The position numbers and the translations under genes were made by a program. The notes below the pieces were generated by a model that was not told where the DNA came from, ran no database searches, and worked only from the letters and a program-made list of their open reading frames with translations. Shown piece after piece: positions 1 through 64,000 of a stretch of 64,000 nt of DNA; position 1 is the first letter of the stretch, and every line of letters starts with the position of its first letter. Origin of the DNA: Octopus vulgaris (taxonomy: Eukaryota); contig OX597830.1 of assembly GCA_951406725.2 (NCBI GenBank), forward strand, positions 79,360,001 through 79,424,000. The letters run 5' to 3'.

Positions 1-1440
1 AGGGCCTTAGAGTCAACCTAGCTGAAACCAAAGTAGGAAGGCAGGCAAACCACAAATCCCTTAAGGTAGATGGCCCTGCTCGATCTGTAGAAAAGGCGTA
101 GGTAGAAACTCTATAAGATGTATCCAGTGTAAGTTATGGACACATAAGAGGTGTAGCAATATCAAAGGAAGGCTAACTAGGAGGATAGATTTTGTATGTG
201 GCAGATACTCAGGAGCAATAAACACTGAAAATGTGCAGAGAACAACTCCTGCCACATTCCAGGGAGAAAAACTGCAAGAGGTTGATAGCTTCCATTACCT
301 AGGTGACCAAGTCAGTAGCGGGGAAAGGTGTTCTGAAAGTGTAGCTGCTAGAATAAGAATAGCCTGGGCAAAGTTCAGGGAGCTCCTACCTCTGCTAGTG
401 ACAAAGGGCCTCTCGCTCAGAGTAAACGGTAGACTGTATGATGCATGTGTATGAACAGCCATGCTACATGGCCTGGAAATATGGGCTGTGACTGCTGAGG
501 ACATGCGTAAGCTTGCAAGGAACGAAGTCAGTATGCTTCAATGGATGTGTAATGTCAGTGTGCATACTCGACAGAGTGTAAGTGCCTTGAGTGAAAAGTT
601 GGACCTAAGAAGCATCAGATGTGGTGTGCAAGAGAGACAACTGCGCTGGTATGGTCATGTGGTGCAAATGAATGAGGATAGCTGTGTGAAAAAGTGCCAC
701 ACCCTAGCGGTTGAGGGAACCTGTCGAAGAGGTAGACCTAGGAGGACCTGGGGTGAGATGGTGAAGCATGACCTTCAAACATTGGGCCTCACCAAGGAAA
801 TGACTAGTGACCGGGACCTTTGGAAATATACTGTGCTTGAGAAGACCTGGCAAGCTCAAGTGAGACAATAACCTTGTGACCTATGCCATGGGTGTAACTA
901 GCCCACTTATGCATACCTTTCCTTCATTGGACACAAAACTCTGCTTGCGAAGACCTGTTGAGGCAAGTGAAATCGAAATCAAAATCAAATTCGATGACTT
1001 GCATCCGTGGTACCATATGAGCGTGACTGTTACCAGAGCAACTACCAGCCTCTTTGCCGATGGCACATAAAAAGCTCCATTCGAGTGTGATTGTTACCTG
1101 CATCACCTTACTGGCACTTGTGCTGTTGGCACGTGAAAAAAACATTTGAGTAAGGTCATTGCCAGAGCCGCTGGACTGGCTCATGTGCAGGTGGCACATA
1201 AAAAGTACCATTTGAGCATGGCCGTTGCCAGTGCTGCCTGACTGGCCCTCATGCTGGTGGCACATAAAAGCACCCACTACACACTCGGAGTAGTTGGAGT
1301 TAGGAAGGGTATCCAGCTTTAGAAACTCTGTCATATCAGATTGGAGCCTGGTGCAGCCACCTGGCTAGCTAGACCTCAGTCAAATCGTCCAACCCATGCT
1401 AGTATGGAAAGTGGATGTTAAACGATGATGATGATGATGA

Positions 1441-1443
<3 letters not shown>
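1..1443 (+). mobile_element. RTE-clade LINE, 3' part (post-RT region with Cys-rich finger, 3' UTR, (GAT)n tail); decayed
   Basis: WPCSICRKGVG..C..WTHKRCS, F.YLG, RIRIAWAKFREL, LRWYGHV, RGRPRRTW; in-frame stops; GAT tail at about 1424-1443. Confidence 0.9.
1010..1275 (+). repeat. Degenerate ~57-bp tandem repeat in the RTE 3' UTR
   Basis: Recurring ggcacataaaaagcaccattcgag..gttgccag; the same unit occurs at 54480-54750. Confidence 0.7.
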
Positions 1444-1481
<38 letters not shown>

Positions 1482-2220
1482 CATATATACATGAGGAGTA
1501 TAGTTCACTGGTAATCTAAATGAATAGGTACACTTAACTACTATAATTGGTCATCTGTTAGGTTTTAAGTTCACAGTTAAGGCTGGAGCTAGGGATCAGT
1601 ATTAAGGTTCTGTGTTAGCAGGTATATATTGAAGGAAAAGGACAATAAAAAATCAAGGCAGGACAACTATCTCAAGTCATTTATAATAATTTAATTAGAG
1701 TAAGGTGAATTTAAAGTCTTACAGCTGTTTCTAAGATATCCCAAGTGATAAGCTAGCATGTTTGTACACTGGGTACTCCCTTAAGGCGAGTATGTATGAA
1801 AGTTCTAGGCAGGAAAATTCACAGTTCATAAGGAATAAAAATAGAGGAATAAAGAGTAGAAGTAGATAGAAGAATACAGATAGGAGAAAGAAATTGAACA
1901 CATCATTTAAAATACTGCCAAAATACTGCCTGGATCTACCTGGGATCATACCTAAGGGACTATTCAATCCCAGAAGTATGGACCAACCTCCATACCTTCT
2001 GGGAAAAAAATGAACTGTGAACTTTTTTCTTTGATACACACCAATATGAAAAATAATTGCCAGTTTACAAAAGAATGAAAATGTATGTAAATATATTCAC
2101 AAAAGACGTAAAATGTTGTTGCCATACAAATCCATTGGCAAAATCATGAATTTATTGAATACAATTTTTACAAACAGATATCAATAAAAATTTAAAAAAA
2201 AACATTAAAAGAACAATTAC

Positions 2221-62503
<60,283 letters not shown>

Positions 62504-62914
62504 CTGATAATAAAAGAAGAAATTTAAAGAATTCATTAAAATTAGATCTTCAAATAAGAAGTTATCTAAGAATGAACAAATATTTTGAAAATTCCTTTAA
62601 AACACACACATACTATCCAATAACGTTGTCTCCCTGTAAATAAAGGCATTATATAAAACGAATTTAATGTGAGCTTAGCTGTAACACATTTCAGGGATGA
62701 TTTATAGTGACATTATCAGAACCAAATTTCAATGACAATAGTAAAATAGATAGAGTCAACTGTTTTTTCTGGTCTGAGACTGAACTAAATTGTTCTGGTA
62801 CTAATTCCTTAGAGCCGAGTTGTGACAATATAAAATAAAGTTATGTACATAGAAACACATGTCTCAACAGTGGATTTGAACTCAACACATGAATGTTAAC
62901 CACTTTACCATCTC

Positions 62915-62933
62915 CTCCTTCTCTCTCTCTCAC

Positions 62934-63012
<79 letters not shown>

Positions 63013-63030
63013 CTCTCTCTCTCTCTCTCA
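62915..63030. repeat. (CTTT)n/(CT)n microsatellite
   Basis: Seen directly. Confidence 0.95.
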
Positions 63031-63438
63031 TTCATTCATTTCAATGAAAGAGAAAATAATTCTCAAGTTAACATCAAACATCAATCCAAAGAAGCTGTTG
63101 TTAACTCCTCCTGCGTTGCTCTTACTTCCATTGCAATCTATAAAGTATCATGAATCTGTGGTTTGTGGTTTACTTGTTCTTAATATTGTTGTGTATAAGA
63201 GACTGGGAACAGGAGGTGCACAGGGTGCAAGTGCACCTACTAACAATTTTGATGTGTGCAAAATAAAAATTTGAGCCCTGTATATATGCTTCCGAGGATG
63301 AGGGAGCAGTGTTTAAAAATTGATCTGTAAAAATTTGTTTTCAAAGCAAGAACCATGAACTAAAATGAAAATAAAACCAACAACATTCCTAGAAACACAT
63401 ATTACTGAACTAAACCATTTTTAACATCATTATTAGTA

Positions 63439-63503
<65 letters not shown>

Positions 63504-63757
63504 CGCGCGTGTGTGTATGTGCATAAAAGCGTTGTAGTTCGCTTGAAACATTGTAATATCAAAGAATGTAAAAAGAGAGAAAAAGAGAGTTCTGGCAATA
63601 CAGAAGGTTTAATAAAATCTTTATATTTCAGGTGCCAAAGCCATCTTCAGAAGAAAAGAATTGTCTAAGAAAAATTCAGATTGTTCTTTTATTCTGAAGA
63701 TGGGCCTTTGTGCCTGAAATGTAAAGGTTTTACTAAACTTTCTGCATTGTCTGAAGC

Positions 63758-64000
63758 TGTTTATTTTATCCCGTGACCGACCAGACCATCAGATGTTGCT
63801 AAACATCGCTGGTCACAATGCGTTCGCATTGCTTTAGCTTTCGAATGACGCCACTCCGCTGGCTAAGCGAGCAGGCCAACAGACGAAAGAGTGACAGAAA
63901 GAGTACAGCAGGGATCACCACCCCCTGCCGGAGCCTCGTGGAGCTTTTAGGTGTTTTCGCTCAATAAACACTCACAACGCCCGGTCTGGGAATCGAAACC
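63758..64000 (-). mobile_element. tRNA-derived SINE cut by the window edge
   Basis: The minus strand begins with B-box-like GGTTTCGATTCCC followed by a GC-richer SINE-like body. Confidence 0.65.

Noticed and set aside
62614-62633. Candidate 20-nt exon tttatttacag|GGAGACAACGTTATTGGATA|gtatgt
   Set aside because: The splice sites are good, but the frame compatible with exon A (xRQRYWI) does not resemble the expected TRPM residues; left uncalled without RNA evidence.

Overview
Eukaryotic, AT-rich, repeat-dense genomic DNA. The SINE families and RTE, mariner and Penelope content suggest a coleoid cephalopod (Octopus-like); this is an inference. Nearly all ORFs in the supplied track are transposon relics or microsatellite noise. 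The host gene is largely invisible to that track: 15 GT-AG exons on the minus strand (62503 down to 2221) splice into one stop-free 819-nt (273-codon) frame of a TRPM-family channel-like protein. The order is non-canonical. The end of one N-terminal melastatin (MHR/SLOG) module (GSGGAADVMA ... EDFDVVIKKAVFK) is followed by a 152-aa largely acidic linker built from 12 micro-exons of 17-76 nt, and then a new MHR1 start (KPCDAFGTVNFVG..KTAK). Eleven micro-exons sit in a tandemly duplicated intron-exon unit and alternate strictly between phase 0->2 (X type) and phase 2->0 (Y type). Their introns remain alignable while the exon peptides have diverged strongly, and the Y exons appear to descend from copies of the DAFG exon. 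The introns hold RTE, Tx1/L1 and CR1-group LINEs, Penelope elements, mariners, a Helitron fragment, Gypsy LTR elements, tRNA-SINEs, a ~70-bp minisatellite and a near-perfect ~630-bp inverted duplication. Exon calls were made by eye from splice signals and frame continuity and need RNA-seq confirmation.
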